From contig CAKPDN010000003.1 in NCBI GenBank assembly GCA_934149005.1, forward strand, positions 49,544 through 113,543: a stretch of 64,000 nucleotides of DNA. The letters are read 5' to 3'. The stretch comes from an uncultured Clostridia bacterium. Its GTDB lineage: Bacteria > Bacillota > Clostridia > TANB77 > CAG-508. The position numbers and the translations under genes were made by a program. Below, one piece after another: positions 8,915 to 20,014 of this stretch (positions within the stretch are counted from its first letter, which is position 1; each line of letters begins with the position of its first letter). Below the pieces are notes generated by a model. The model did no database searches. It saw nothing but the letters and a program-made list of their open reading frames with translations, and was not told where the DNA came from.

Positions 8915-9130
8915 GGACTTCTTTTGAAAATATTTACAAATGTGGATGTTTATGAATGGACATTATTTGCCATCATAAAAGAGTAGGAAGAAGCGGTTGC
9001 ACCGTTAAAACTATAATGAGGTTAATTGTTTTAGAATAGATAAATAATTAATAAAATTAGGTGGTAACACGGAATAAAATCCATTTCGTCCTATATATGG
9101 GACAAAGTGGATTTTTTATATTTATTTTCA
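8915..9130 (+). promoter_or_regulatory. T-box riboswitch leader (Phe-specific by context) upstream of pheS
   Basis: T-box sequence aaattaggtggtaacacgg at 9053-9072 and a terminator hairpin aaaatccatttcgtcc...gggacaaagtggatttttt. T-box control of pheST is typical in Firmicutes. Confidence 0.6.
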
Positions 9131-9166
9131 AAATAATAGAAAATTATTATAGAAAGGGGATCAAAA

Positions 9167-10216
9167 ATGAAAGAAAAAATTTCAAAAATCAAAGAAACTT
9201 CAGTAGAAGAAATCAAAAAAGCTGAAGACTTAAAACAACTAAATGATATAAGAGTAAAATATTTAGGAAAAAAAGGAGAGTTTACAGCAGTATTAAGAGG
9301 AATGGGGGAACTATCACCAGAGGAGAGACCAGTAATTGGAAGCTTAGTAAATGAAGTAAGAGATGAATTAGAAAAATTAATGCAAGAAAAAGAAGAAAAA
9401 TTTCAAAAAGAAGAATTAAATAAAAAACTAGAGGAAGAAAAAATAGATATAACACTTCCAAGCACAAAAATAAAAAGAGGAAGTTTGCATCCAGTAAATA
9501 GAATAATTGAGGATATAGAAGATTTATTTGTATCTATGGGATATGATGTGCTAACAGGACCAGAACTTGAAAATGATGAATACTGTTTTGAAAGGTTGAA
9601 CCTTCCAAAAGGACATCCAGCAAGAGATATGCAAGACAGTTTCTATATTACTGATGAATATTTATTAAGAACGCAAACATCCGCAGTTCAAGCGAGAACA
9701 ATGATGGCAAATATAGAAAAAACACCAATTAGAATGATAACAGCGGGAAAAACATATAGAAGAGAAGATGATGCAACACACTCACATCAATTTAATCAAA
9801 TAGAGGGATTAGTAATTGACAAAAAAGAAAGAAATGTATCTTTGGCAGATTTAAAAGGGACATTAGAGGTTTTTGTTAGAAAAATAATAGGAGCAAACTT
9901 GGATTTGAGATTTAGACCAAGTTACTTCCCATTCACAGAGCCATCTTATGAAGTTGATGTTACTTGTTTTAAATGTGGAGGAAAGGGATGTAATCTATGT
10001 AAACAAACAGGATGGATAGAAGTTTTAGGAGCAGGAATTGTTCATCCAAATGTTTTAAAAATGAATGGATATGATCCAGAAAAATTTGGTGGATTTGCAT
10101 TTGGAACAGGTATAGACAGATTAGCTATGTTTAGATATGGAATCACAGATATGAGATATTTATATACCAATGATGTTAGATTTTTATCTCAATTTGATAG
10201 AAAAGATGAAGAATAA
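9167..10216 (+). CDS. pheS: Phenylalanine--tRNA ligase alpha subunit
   Basis: 349 aa; class II aaRS motifs ([35 protein letters not shown]). Confidence 0.95.
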   Translation: MKEKISKIKETSVEEIKKAEDLKQLNDIRVKYLGKKGEFTAVLRGMGELSPEERPVIGSLVNEVRDELEKLMQEKEEKFQKEELNKKLEEEKIDITLPSTKIKRGSLHPVNRIIEDIEDLFVSMGYDVLTGPELENDEYCFERLNLPKGHPARDMQDSFYITDEYLLRTQTSAVQARTMMANIEKTPIRMITAGKTYRREDDATHSHQFNQIEGLVIDKKERNVSLADLKGTLEVFVRKIIGANLDLRFRPSYFPFTEPSYEVDVTCFKCGGKGCNLCKQTGWIEVLGAGIVHPNVLKMNGYDPEKFGGFAFGTGIDRLAMFRYGITDMRYLYTNDVRFLSQFDRKDEE

Positions 10217-10222
10217 AGAATA

Positions 10223-10330
10223 GGGATTACGGGGCCACCACACAAAATCCCTCATAAATAAAATATTAGAATAGTTTTAATATATAAATTAAATAAAAAG
10301 AGGGATTTTGTGTGGTGGCCCCGTAATCCC
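10223..10330. repeat. Perfect 31-bp inverted repeat pair with a 46-bp AT spacer, between pheS and pheT (intergenic palindromic element B)
   Basis: gggattacggggccaccacacaaaatccctc at 10223-10253 and its exact reverse complement at 10300-10330. Each arm is itself a hairpin (gagggatt...aatccctc). Confidence 0.8.
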
Positions 10331-10345
10331 TCAAAGGAGGAAAAA

Positions 10346-12718
10346 ATGAATTTAAGTTTAGATTTTGTAAAAGATTATATAGATTTAGATAACGAATTAA
10401 GCGTAAAAGATATAGCGGAAGCAATGACAAAAGCTGGAAACGAATATGATTCAGCAGAAAAATTAGTAAATGCAACAAAACTAGTAATAGGAGAAATAAA
10501 AGAATGTGAAATGCATCCAGATTCTGACCACTTACATCTATGCAAGGTAGATATCGGAACTGAAGTGCTAGATATAGTTTGTGGTGCACCAAATGCTAGA
10601 AAAGGAATTAAAGTAATTGTTGCACAAGTTGGAGCAGAACTTCCAGGAGACTTCAAAATCAAAAAAGGTATGATTAGAGGTCAAGCGTCAAATGGAATGT
10701 TATGTGCTTTATATGAAATAGGAATTGATAAAAAATTCTTATCTGAAGCAGATAAAAACGGAATACATGAATTACCAGCAGATGCACCAGTTGGTGGTGA
10801 CCCAATTAAATATATGGGATTAGATGATGGTATTATTGATTTTGAATTAACTGCAAACAGAGGAGATTTATTAAGTATTTTAGGTATGGCTTATGAATTA
10901 GGAGCAATTTATGATAAAAAAGTAAAACCAGTTGAATATGGATACAAAGAAAGTGGAGATGATGTAAATAAAGAATTTTCAGTTGGTGTAGATACAGAAA
11001 ATTGTAGACTATTCTTGGCTAAAAAAGCTAAAAATGTAACAATAAAAGAAAGCCCGGAATTTATAAAAAACAGACTAATTGCTTGTGGAATTAGACCAAT
11101 AAACAATGTTGTAGACATTAGTAACTATGTAATGCTAGAATTAGGTCAACCATTACACTTCTATGATGCAGATAATTTAGGTAACAAAATAGTTGTTAGA
11201 ATGGCAGAAGATGGAGAAAAATTAACAACACTAGATAACACAGAGAGAACTTTATCAAGTGAAGATATAGTTATAACAGACGGAACAAAAGCTATTGGTT
11301 TAGCAGGTGTTATGGGTGGATTAGATACAGAAGTTGAAGAAACAACTAAAAATGTAATAATTGAATCAGCAATATTTGATTCAGTAAAAGTAAGAAAAAC
11401 ATCAAATAAAATATTAAGAAGTGAAGCAAGTAACAGATTTGAAAAAGGCTTAGACCCTGCAAGAACATATATGGCAATGGAAAGAGCATGTACATTATTA
11501 CAAAAATATGCAAATGCAGAAATTGAAACAGGAATTGTAAAATATGATGTTACAAAAAATGAAGAAAAAGTAATTGAAATATCATATAAAGAAATAAATG
11601 ATGTGTTAGGAACAAACATTTCAAAAGAAGACATTGTTGATGTATTTAGAAAATTAGACTTCAAAACATATGCAAAAGAAAATACTGTAATCGTTACAGT
11701 ACCAACAAGAAGAATAGATATATCAATTAGAGCAGATTTAATAGAAGAAGTCGGAAGAATCTATGGAGTTGACAATATTCAAGGTAAACTACCAGTAGTT
11801 CCAATGAAAATGGGACATTTAGACAAAACAACAAGAAAAATAAGAGCGAAAATGTCAAATATGGGATTAAATGAAACATTATCATATATATTAATAAACG
11901 ACAAAGAAGTTCACAAATTCACAACAGACGAATTTGAAGAAGTCAGACTATTAGACCCAATAACAGAAGAAAGAAATACATTAAGATACAGCATGATACC
12001 ATCTTTATACAAAATTTATGAATATAACAAAGCACGTGAAAACAAAGATGTTTGCCTTTTTGAAATTGGAAAAGGATTCTGGAAAAAAGGTGAAGAATAC
12101 GGAGAAAATAAAAAAATCTGTGTGTTAATGACAGGAAAATATTATGAAGGAATAGGACATAACAAAAATGTTGACTTCTATGACATCAAAGGCGTAACAG
12201 AAGAATTATTAGATTATTTAGGATATGCAGGAAGATATAGTTTTGTATTACCAAAACAAATGCCAGCAGAATTCCATCCAGGTCAAACAGCAGAAATTTC
12301 AGTAAATAATGATATTGTAGGTATTGTTGGAAGAATACATCCATCAGTAGAAAAAGAAGCGGTTTATGTAATGGAAATCAACTTAGATAAATTACTAGCC
12401 AAAAGAGTAGGAAAAATGAAATTCAAAGAAATTTCAAAATTCCCAGTTGTTAAAAAAGATTTAGCATTATTGGTTGATAAAAATATGACATCAAAAGAAG
12501 TTGAAATGCTAATTAAGAAAAAAGCTGGAAAATTATTGTTAGATATAAATGTATTTGATGTTTATGAAGGTAAAAATATTGATTCTAATAAGAGAAGTAT
12601 TGCATATTCTTTGACATTTGGTACACCTGATAGAACTTTAAATGATGAAGAAATTAATACTATTTTGGATAATATTATTAAAGATTTGGAAAATAAAGGT
12701 TTAGAAATAAGAAAATAG
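10346..12718 (+). CDS. pheT: Phenylalanine--tRNA ligase beta subunit
   Basis: About 790 aa with a tRNA-binding N-terminal domain and B3/4 and B5 regions. RBS aaaggaggaaaaa-ATG at 10346. The ORF track's start at 10310 lies inside the repeat. Confidence 0.9.
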   Translation: MNLSLDFVKDYIDLDNELSVKDIAEAMTKAGNEYDSAEKLVNATKLVIGEIKECEMHPDSDHLHLCKVDIGTEVLDIVCGAPNARKGIKVIVAQVGAELPGDFKIKKGMIRGQASNGMLCALYEIGIDKKFLSEADKNGIHELPADAPVGGDPIKYMGLDDGIIDFELTANRGDLLSILGMAYELGAIYDKKVKPVEYGYKESGDDVNKEFSVGVDTENCRLFLAKKAKNVTIKESPEFIKNRLIACGIRPINNVVDISNYVMLELGQPLHFYDADNLGNKIVVRMAEDGEKLTTLDNTERTLSSEDIVITDGTKAIGLAGVMGGLDTEVEETTKNVIIESAIFDSVKVRKTSNKILRSEASNRFEKGLDPARTYMAMERACTLLQKYANAEIETGIVKYDVTKNEEKVIEISYKEINDVLGTNISKEDIVDVFRKLDFKTYAKENTVIVTVPTRRIDISIRADLIEEVGRIYGVDNIQGKLPVVPMKMGHLDKTTRKIRAKMSNMGLNETLSYILINDKEVHKFTTDEFEEVRLLDPITEERNTLRYSMIPSLYKIYEYNKARENKDVCLFEIGKGFWKKGEEYGENKKICVLMTGKYYEGIGHNKNVDFYDIKGVTEELLDYLGYAGRYSFVLPKQMPAEFHPGQTAEISVNNDIVGIVGRIHPSVEKEAVYVMEINLDKLLAKRVGKMKFKEISKFPVVKKDLALLVDKNMTSKEVEMLIKKKAGKLLLDINVFDVYEGKNIDSNKRSIAYSLTFGTPDRTLNDEEINTILDNIIKDLENKGLEIRK

Positions 12719-12739
12719 AAACGTTATTAAGTGAATTCC

Positions 12740-12768
12740 TTGACAAAAAGGCAACATATTGATAATAT
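12740..12768 (+). promoter_or_regulatory. Sigma-A-type promoter TTGACA-17-TAATAT with an extended -10 (tgataatat)
   Basis: ttgacaaaaaggcaacatattgataatat. A near-identical promoter-like sequence occurs at 23124-23154. Confidence 0.4.
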
Positions 12769-12809
12769 TATTTAAGCACAAAACAAAAGAAATAAGGAGA
12801 ATAAATATA

Positions 12810-13328
12810 ATGAAAACATTATATCCCAATATATATTTGAAAAAAGTAGAAGAAATAACAATACAGATGCTAATAAAAAACAGAATAAAACTATTGATAT
12901 TAGATGTAGACAACACACTAATAGACTACTATAAAAACCTATCAGAAGAAGTAATAAATTGGACAAAAGAAATGAAAGGACAAGGCATAAAACTATATAT
13001 ATTATCAAATACAAATGACAAAAAAAAGGTAGAAACAATAGCAAACAAATTAGATATACAATACAGACATTTTGCCATGAAACCACTAAAAAAAGGATTT
13101 AAATATATACAAAAACAAACTAATATAAAATCAGAAAACATAGCTGTAGTAGGAGATCAAATATTTACAGATGTAGTAGGCGGAAATAGATGTAAAATGT
13201 TCACAATACTAGTAGATCCAATAAATAAAGAAAAAGACTATTGGTATACAGCATGGAAAAGACCAATAGAAAACAAAATAAAAAATAAATATAAAACAAA
13301 AGAGGAGAAAAATAACGATGTATATTAA
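12810..13328 (+). CDS. YqeG-family HAD-superfamily (IIIA) phosphatase
   Basis: LILDVDNTL (DxDxT), KLYILSNT and GDQIFTDV motifs. RBS aaggagaataaatata-ATG at 12810. Confidence 0.65.
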   Translation: MKTLYPNIYLKKVEEITIQMLIKNRIKLLILDVDNTLIDYYKNLSEEVINWTKEMKGQGIKLYILSNTNDKKKVETIANKLDIQYRHFAMKPLKKGFKYIQKQTNIKSENIAVVGDQIFTDVVGGNRCKMFTILVDPINKEKDYWYTAWKRPIENKIKNKYKTKEEKNNDVY

Positions 13329-14070
13329 TGAAACACATATAGGATATTATGCAATTGTAGCAATAATTGGACTTTTTGTTGGAATGTTTGTGGATTGGAT
13401 GAACAAAAGATTACCAGAATACAAAAAAGTATTTTCAAAAGAGATATTTACAGAATACTTTGCAGAATTCAAACCAAACTATATATTAATGATAACAACA
13501 TCAGTGATTTATATAGGATTAGTATATTTTTATGGAATACGAAGTACATTTATAGCAAATTTAGATTTAATTAAATTTATGATAATAACACCAATGTTAT
13601 TATCCGCATTTGTAATAGATTTCAAACTTCAAATAATTCCAAACAGATTAAATTTAACAATGTTTGAAATTGGATTAGTAATAGCATTTCTATATGGATT
13701 ATCAGATGTAGCAATAACAATAAACATGGCATTAGGAATGTTAGCTGGAGCAGGTATATTTTTACTCATTACATTAGTTGGTGGAGCTATATATGGAAAA
13801 GAAGCAATGGGATTTGGTGATGTAAAACTAATGGGAGCATTAGGGTTATATTTTGGATTATCAAATATAATAGTAATAACACTACTATCTTTTCTAATAG
13901 GAGCAATATTAAGCATATTATTATTAGCTACAAAAATCAAAAAAATGGATGAATACATACCGTTTGGACCATTTATAGTTTTAGGAACATTTATAAGTAT
14001 TTTTATACCATTTGAAATAATAAAAAATGTTTTATTAGAAATATTTACATTGGGACTATATCAAGGATAA
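13318..14070 (+). CDS. Prepilin peptidase, A24 family, short TadV/CpaA-like form
   Basis: Polytopic membrane protein with GFGDVKLMGALG and IPFGPF motifs. It has no N-terminal Cys-tetrad or methyltransferase region. It overlaps the upstream gene by 11 nt. Confidence 0.75.
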   Translation: MYINETHIGYYAIVAIIGLFVGMFVDWMNKRLPEYKKVFSKEIFTEYFAEFKPNYILMITTSVIYIGLVYFYGIRSTFIANLDLIKFMIITPMLLSAFVIDFKLQIIPNRLNLTMFEIGLVIAFLYGLSDVAITINMALGMLAGAGIFLLITLVGGAIYGKEAMGFGDVKLMGALGLYFGLSNIIVITLLSFLIGAILSILLLATKIKKMDEYIPFGPFIVLGTFISIFIPFEIIKNVLLEIFTLGLYQG

Positions 14071-14094
14071 AATTAAGATTTGGGGGAGTTTATA

Positions 14095-15153
14095 ATGAAT
14101 TCAAAACTACAATGGTTAAGAAACAAAATGTCAAGCTTAAATTTACAAGGGATGATAATATCTAATCCAATAAATATAAAATATTTAACAAATATTGATG
14201 CAGAAGGAACTTTAATAATAACGCCAAAGGAAAATATGTATATAACTGATGGAAGATACATAGAATATGTACACAGTACATTAACATTATTTGATGAAAT
14301 TATTGTATATGATGTAAATGATGTATCAAAGGATGATTATGAAAATATTTTTATGTTTTGTGAAAATGTAGGATTTGAAGAACACTATATATCATATGCA
14401 ACTTACAAAGATTATATAAGAAAATATAAAATAAATAATTTTGTTGAAACTGAATATATAATAGAAAAGCAGAGAATGATAAAAGATGATGAAGAATTAA
14501 GCAACATAATAAAAGCATGTAATATAACAGATGATTGTTTTAAATACATTTTGAGCTATATAAAACCAGGAATGACAGAAAAACAAATAGCAAAAGAAAT
14601 AGAAGATTATTATACAGAAAGAACAGATGGAATATCATTTGATACAATAGTTGCTTCAGGAGAAAACTCATCAAAGCCACATGCAGTTCCTTCAAATAGA
14701 AAGATACAGGAAAAAGATATTATTACAATTGATATGGGATGCAAAGTAAATGGATATTGTTCAGATATGACTAGAACATTTTTTGTAGGTGAACCAACAG
14801 AAGAAATGAAAAGAGTTTATGACTTAGTTTTAAATAATCAAAAATTTGCACTTGACCAATATAAAGAGGGCTGTAATACTAGACAAATTACAAAAATGGT
14901 AGAAAATGATTTTAAATTAAATGGATATGATTTAATTCATAGTTTAGGACATGGAGTTGGACTAGAAATACATGAACCACCATATATTAGTTATAGAAGT
15001 GAAACATTACTTAAAGAGAATATGGTAGTCACAGATGAACCTGGTATTTATATTCCAGGAAAATTTGGAATTAGAATAGAAGACACAGTTCAGATTACAA
15101 AATTTGGTTGTATAAGTTTAACAACTTCTGATAAAAATTATATTATAATATAA
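14095..15153 (+). CDS. Xaa-Pro aminopeptidase / M24B-family peptidase
   Basis: HSLGHGVGLEIHEPP and the metal-ligand pattern of the pita-bread fold. RBS gggggagtttata-ATG. Confidence 0.8.
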   Translation: MNSKLQWLRNKMSSLNLQGMIISNPINIKYLTNIDAEGTLIITPKENMYITDGRYIEYVHSTLTLFDEIIVYDVNDVSKDDYENIFMFCENVGFEEHYISYATYKDYIRKYKINNFVETEYIIEKQRMIKDDEELSNIIKACNITDDCFKYILSYIKPGMTEKQIAKEIEDYYTERTDGISFDTIVASGENSSKPHAVPSNRKIQEKDIITIDMGCKVNGYCSDMTRTFFVGEPTEEMKRVYDLVLNNQKFALDQYKEGCNTRQITKMVENDFKLNGYDLIHSLGHGVGLEIHEPPYISYRSETLLKENMVVTDEPGIYIPGKFGIRIEDTVQITKFGCISLTTSDKNYIII

Positions 15154-15384
15154 TTTTTAGTAAGATATAATTTATAAATAAATCTTGATATATTAATATT
15201 TAAAACAGATTAATATATTTTCTTATTGAATTGTAGCAAAGGTTTTTGTGTAGAACATTTATAATTTTGAAAAGGCTTGATTTTTCAAGTGATTTGTAGT
15301 AAAATATAAAAAGTATAAAAATAAAAAAGAAGTTAGAGATTAAAAAATATTAAATAGTTTCTAATAGAGAAGGGAGAAATAAAA

Positions 15385-15951
15385 ATGGCAGGAGTATACT
15401 CAGCAGGAGATTTTAGAAATGGAACAACATTTGAAATGGAAGGAAATGTATTTAGAGTAGTAGAGTTTCAACATGTAAAACCAGGAAAAGGTTCAGCATT
15501 TGTAAGAACAAAATTAAAAAATGTAATAACAGGAGCAACATTAGAAAAAACGTTTAATCCATCTGACAAATTTCCAGGTGCAGAAATTGAAAGAAAAACA
15601 ATGCAATATTTATATGAGGATGGAGACTTATATTATTTTATGGACAATGAAACATATGACCAAATGCCTTTAAACAAAGAAACATTAGGAGATTGTTTAA
15701 AATATTTAAAAGAAAATATGGAAGTTACAATTCTATCATATAAAGGAAAAGTATTTGCAGTTGAACCACCAATATTTGTGGAATTAGAAGTTACATATAC
15801 AGAACCAGGATTTGCTGGAAATACAACAACAACTTCTGGAAAACCAGCAACACTAGAAACAGGGTTAGAATTACAAGTTCCAATGTTTGTTAATATAGGA
15901 GATGTATTAAGAATAGATACAAGAACTTGTGAATATATGGAAAGAGTATAG
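15385..15951 (+). CDS. efp: Elongation factor P
   Basis: [22 protein letters not shown] is near-identical to the EF-P KOW region. 188 aa. Confidence 0.95.
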   Translation: MAGVYSAGDFRNGTTFEMEGNVFRVVEFQHVKPGKGSAFVRTKLKNVITGATLEKTFNPSDKFPGAEIERKTMQYLYEDGDLYYFMDNETYDQMPLNKETLGDCLKYLKENMEVTILSYKGKVFAVEPPIFVELEVTYTEPGFAGNTTTTSGKPATLETGLELQVPMFVNIGDVLRIDTRTCEYMERV

Positions 15952-16023
15952 GAATTTTGAAAAATAATAAAAATAATATTTTCAAAATGAAATATACATA
16001 CTAAGAAGGGAAAATGTGAAATC

Positions 16024-16365
16024 ATGAGTGATTTAAATGAACAATTAGAAAAACTTTTAAAAGAAATGAAGGAAATTAAAAAAAATCAAACAGTAATGAC
16101 TGAAAAAATGGAAAAAATGCAACAGGTGATTGACCACATAGAAAGTGACATATATTCTGATGAAGGTTTTGATTTTGAAATTGTTTGTCCTTATTGTGAA
16201 AATGAATTTGTTATTGAAGCAGATGAAGACAAACATGAAGTTAAATGTCCAGAATGTAAAAATATAATAGAATTAGATTGGTCAGGAGATTTTGATGATG
16301 AATGTTCAGGACATTGTCATGGATGTTCAGGCTGTGGAAATTCTGATGAAGATGATGATATGTAA
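16024..16365 (+). CDS. Small zinc-ribbon protein with an acidic Cys/His-rich tail
   Basis: CPYCENEF...CPECKN pairs, then CSGHCHGCSGCGNSDEDDDM. Confidence 0.5.
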   Translation: MSDLNEQLEKLLKEMKEIKKNQTVMTEKMEKMQQVIDHIESDIYSDEGFDFEIVCPYCENEFVIEADEDKHEVKCPECKNIIELDWSGDFDDECSGHCHGCSGCGNSDEDDDM

Positions 16366-16544
16366 AATGAGGAAAAAGGATTTTAAAAAATGTCCTTTTT
16401 TCTTTTTTTATTGTTAAAAAAATCCTAAAGGATTACAATATTCATTGTTTATCCTAAAACCGCAAATGAAGGTGGCAACCTGTAGTTGCACCATTTGTGG
16501 ATTTGCCAGAACTATCAAAGTAAGGATTTCCAGAAATACCATAA

Positions 16545-17010
16545 ACATATTTAGGACCGAACATATCCAATTACTTGACCTTGTTTTACAAAATCTCCAA
16601 TATATACTATAAAATTAGGAGACACATGGCAATAACTAACTTTATAATTATCAAATGAAAGAGTAATAGTATATCCCCCAGCACCCAAAAAAGAACAAAA
16701 AGTAATTTCACCATCAGCAATTGCAATTAATTTGGTACCTTCTGGTGCAGGAATATCAACGCCATAATGAAAACTGGAGGCTCCACTGGTGGGTGCATTT
16801 CTTTTACCAAAATATGAGCTTATACTTGTATAACCAGGAATAGGCCAGACAAATCCATTAGGGTTAAATTCAATTATTTCTTTATTTGGAGAATCAGAAT
16901 TATTGAAATTTCCGCTTTTAATGATTGGAATAAAAAATATAGAAATAAAAATAGAAAATAGAATTGTTAATAATAAAAATTTTTGAAATAAATTTAAAAT
17001 AATATCACAT
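16545..17010 (-). pseudogene. M23 (LytM-type) peptidase with a signal anchor, disrupted by two single-base frameshifts
   Basis: The minus frame reads ...FVWPIPGYTSISSYFGKRNAPTSGASSFHYGVDIPAPEGTKLIAIADGEI...VKQGQVIGYV, then stops (gttcggtcctaa). Deleting one c restores GYVGPKYVYG. The ATG at 17008-17010 is out of frame by one base (atgTgat) with the signal-like peptide DIILNLFQKFLLLTILFSIF. It is absent from the ORF track because it has no in-frame start. Confidence 0.5.
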
Positions 17011-17145
17011 CCTTGACTAAAATATTGTAATAAAATTTATAACATAAAATTTACATAAAAACAAGAGTAAATTAAAAAAAATATTGACATTATATAAAAT
17101 TATTAGTAAAATATTTTTAATATTGAATGCAAAGGAAAAAAGAAA

Positions 17146-18165
17146 ATGAAAGAAAAAAACAACGGAATAACAATAATATCACTTATTTTAATAATAATAG
17201 CAATATTTTTAATAATAACAATATTAATTACATCAAAATTTTTTGAGAAGATATCTATAAGAATAGACATAGCATATAAAACTATTACAAAACAAATAGA
17301 TGTAGAAAAAGAAATAGATGAAAATGAAAAATTGATGGGAATAACAGATGTAACGGGAGAAGGAATAACAATAAATATATTAGATGGAAAAGATTTAATA
17401 CATCAAGAAGATATGATAATACTTATAGATGAATTAAAAAATTCAGGAAGTCAAGCAATATCAATTAATGAAAAAAGGATAACAAATTCTACATATTTAT
17501 ATTGTGATGGAACAGTTATATTAATAGATGGGGTCAAAATTGGAAATCCGTTTAGTATAAAAGCGATAGGAGATAAAGAAACAATATATGGAGCACTTAC
17601 TAGAAACAAGGGATATCTTGAAACATTAAAAAAAGATGGTATAGAAATTAATGTAGAAAAAAGTGATAATATAAAAATTTCAAAAACAAATAAAGAAAAT
17701 TTATTAAACTATGATACAAATAAAAGTAATATAGGAAAACTATATTTATCAAATCAATTAATAGGAAAATCAGCAGCAATAGGGAAAGGCATAGAAATTT
17801 TAATAGAGGAAAATTCAACTAAATTATCTGCACTTTCATTTTTACAAATTGTTAATGATTTAAATTCAGCAGGAGCTGAAGCTATATCTATTAATGGACA
17901 AAGAGTTACTACGATGACAGATATGATGGATATTAGCAATACATATGTGTTGATAAATAGTATACCTATAAAAGGACCTTTTATAATAGATGTAATAGGA
18001 AATCAAGATAAAATAGAGGAAGTATTAAACTATAATAATTCTTATATAACAAAAATAAGAAACAAGGGAAATAATATATATTTACAGAGAATAAATTGTA
18101 TTAAAATAGAAAAATATATTCAAAAAAAAGACCAAAATAAAATGTTAATAAATTATTTAAAATAG
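17146..18165 (+). CDS. DUF881-family membrane-anchored protein (YlxW/YlxX-like), tandem domains
   Basis: N-terminal TM, then two repeats containing the ...SQAISINEKRI... and ...AGAEAISINGQRV... signatures of DUF881. Confidence 0.55.
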   Translation: MKEKNNGITIISLILIIIAIFLIITILITSKFFEKISIRIDIAYKTITKQIDVEKEIDENEKLMGITDVTGEGITINILDGKDLIHQEDMIILIDELKNSGSQAISINEKRITNSTYLYCDGTVILIDGVKIGNPFSIKAIGDKETIYGALTRNKGYLETLKKDGIEINVEKSDNIKISKTNKENLLNYDTNKSNIGKLYLSNQLIGKSAAIGKGIEILIEENSTKLSALSFLQIVNDLNSAGAEAISINGQRVTTMTDMMDISNTYVLINSIPIKGPFIIDVIGNQDKIEEVLNYNNSYITKIRNKGNNIYLQRINCIKIEKYIQKKDQNKMLINYLK

Positions 18166-18228
18166 TACTTGCCAAAATAAAAAAACTGTGTTAATATTAT
18201 AAATGTCTTTTCAAAAGACATTTTAGAT

Positions 18229-18303
18229 AGGGGTATAGTGTCAATGGTAGCACATCGGTCTCCAAAACCGCCTGTGAGGGTTCGAGTCCTTCTACCCCTG
18301 CCA
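18229..18303 (+). tRNA. tRNA-Trp (anticodon CCA)
   Basis: AGGGGTATAGTGTCAATGGTAGCAC...GGTCTCCAAAACC...GGTTCGAGTCC...TACCCCTGCCA. Near-identical to Bacillus tRNA-Trp, with the anticodon loop CUCCAAA. A hairpin aatgtcttttcaaaagacatt precedes it. Confidence 0.85.
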
Positions 18304-18354
18304 TATAAAAATTAAATATATTATGATGAAAAAGAAAAAGTGCTATAAATTTTA

Positions 18355-18548
18355 TTTTAGAGAGCAAGTAAAAAGCTGAAATACTTGTAATAAGATAAGC
18401 ATGGGGAGCTTTGGAGTAATAACAAATTAAGGTGCTTAAGATTTAAACTTTTAAATTTAAATTTTAGGAATTAGGGTGGAAACGCGGAACTAAACTTTCG
18501 TCCCTAGCTATAATAGGTAATAGCTAGGAATGAAAGTTTTTTAGTTAT
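18355..18548 (+). promoter_or_regulatory. T-box riboswitch leader upstream of glyQS
   Basis: T-box aattagggtggaaacgcgg at 18469-18487 and a terminator aaactttcgtccctagcta...tagctaggaatgaaagtttttt. The glyQS T-box is a well-known arrangement. Confidence 0.65.
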
Positions 18549-18568
18549 TATTAAAAGGAGGAATTTTT

Positions 18569-19951
18569 ATGTTAAAATCAATGGACACGTTAGTTACATT
18601 ATGCAAAAACAGAGGATTTATATATCCAGGATCAGAAATTTATGGAGGGTTAGCAAATACTTGGGACTATGGACCATTAGGTAATGAATTAAAAAACAAT
18701 GTAAAAGCTGCTTGGAGAAAAAAATTTATACAAGAACAACCAAACATAGTGGGATTAGATGCTGCAATATTAATGAACCCTGAAACTTGGGTAGCATCAG
18801 GACATATAGGTGGTTTCTCAGATCCATTAATAGATTGTAAAGAATGTAAAACAAGACATAGAGCAGATAAATTAATAGAAGAATGGGCACATGAAAATGG
18901 AAAAGATATGATTGCAGATGGAATGTCAGATAAAGAGTTGATAGACTTTATAGTAGAAAATAAAATACCATGTCCATCATGTGGAAAAACAAATTTTACT
19001 GATATTAGAAAATTTAATTTAATGTTTAAAACATTTCAAGGTGTAACAGAAGATACAACGTCAACAGTTTATTTAAGACCAGAAACAGCACAAGGAATAT
19101 TTGTAGATTTTAAAAATGTTTTACGTACATCAAGAAAAAAGATGCCAATGGGCATTGCACAAATAGGTAAAGCATTTAGAAATGAAATAACTCCAGGAAA
19201 CTTTACATTTAGAACTAGAGAATTTGAGCAAATGGAACTTGAATTTTTCTGTAAACCAGGAACAGATTTAGAATGGCATAAATATTGGAAAGATTATTGT
19301 GAAAACTTCTTATTAAATTTAGGAATAAAGAAAGAAAATATTAGGTTAAGAGACCATTCACCGGAAGAATTAGTATTTTATAGTAAAGCAACAACAGATA
19401 TAGAATTTGCATTTCCATTTGGATGGGGAGAATTATGGGGAATTGCTGATAGAACAGATTATGACTTAACACAACATATTAATCATTCAAAACAAGATTT
19501 ATCATATCAAGACCCAGAAACAAACGAAAGATATATACCATATGTTATAGAGCCATCATTAGGAGCAGACAGAGTTGTTTTAGCATTTTTATGCAATAGT
19601 TATGATGAAGAAGAGATAGCAGAAGGTGACACAAGAGTTGTATTACATTTACATCCAGCCTTAGCTCCATACAAAGTTGCAGTTCTTCCATTATCTAAAA
19701 AATTATCAGAAAAATCACAAGAAGTATATTCAAAATTATCTAAAAAATTCATGTGTGATTATGATGAGGCCGGAAGTATAGGAAAACGTTACAGAAGAGA
19801 GGATGAAATAGGGACACCATATTGTGTAACTATTGATTTTGATACATTAGAAGATGAATCTGTAACTATAAGAGATAGAGATACAATGGAACAAGTTAGA
19901 GTTAAAATTGATGAGTTAGAAGATTGGATTACAAAAAAAGTCGAATTTTAG
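18569..19951 (+). CDS. glyQS: Glycine--tRNA ligase (homodimeric alpha2 type)
   Basis: N-terminus [31 protein letters not shown] is diagnostic of dimeric GlyRS. 460 aa. Confidence 0.9.
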   Translation: MLKSMDTLVTLCKNRGFIYPGSEIYGGLANTWDYGPLGNELKNNVKAAWRKKFIQEQPNIVGLDAAILMNPETWVASGHIGGFSDPLIDCKECKTRHRADKLIEEWAHENGKDMIADGMSDKELIDFIVENKIPCPSCGKTNFTDIRKFNLMFKTFQGVTEDTTSTVYLRPETAQGIFVDFKNVLRTSRKKMPMGIAQIGKAFRNEITPGNFTFRTREFEQMELEFFCKPGTDLEWHKYWKDYCENFLLNLGIKKENIRLRDHSPEELVFYSKATTDIEFAFPFGWGELWGIADRTDYDLTQHINHSKQDLSYQDPETNERYIPYVIEPSLGADRVVLAFLCNSYDEEEIAEGDTRVVLHLHPALAPYKVAVLPLSKKLSEKSQEVYSKLSKKFMCDYDEAGSIGKRYRREDEIGTPYCVTIDFDTLEDESVTIRDRDTMEQVRVKIDELEDWITKKVEF

Positions 19952-20014
19952 TGGACTTTTTACTAGAATGCTGATATAATTAACACATAATCTTTTGATT
20001 AAGGAGGGCTAATT

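Noticed and set aside
10266-10662. Minus-strand ORFs of 108 and 95 aa
   Set aside because: They lie inside pheT and the palindromic element; no RBS; compositional artefacts.
13629-13958. 109-aa minus-strand ORF
   Set aside because: Antisense within the prepilin peptidase gene.
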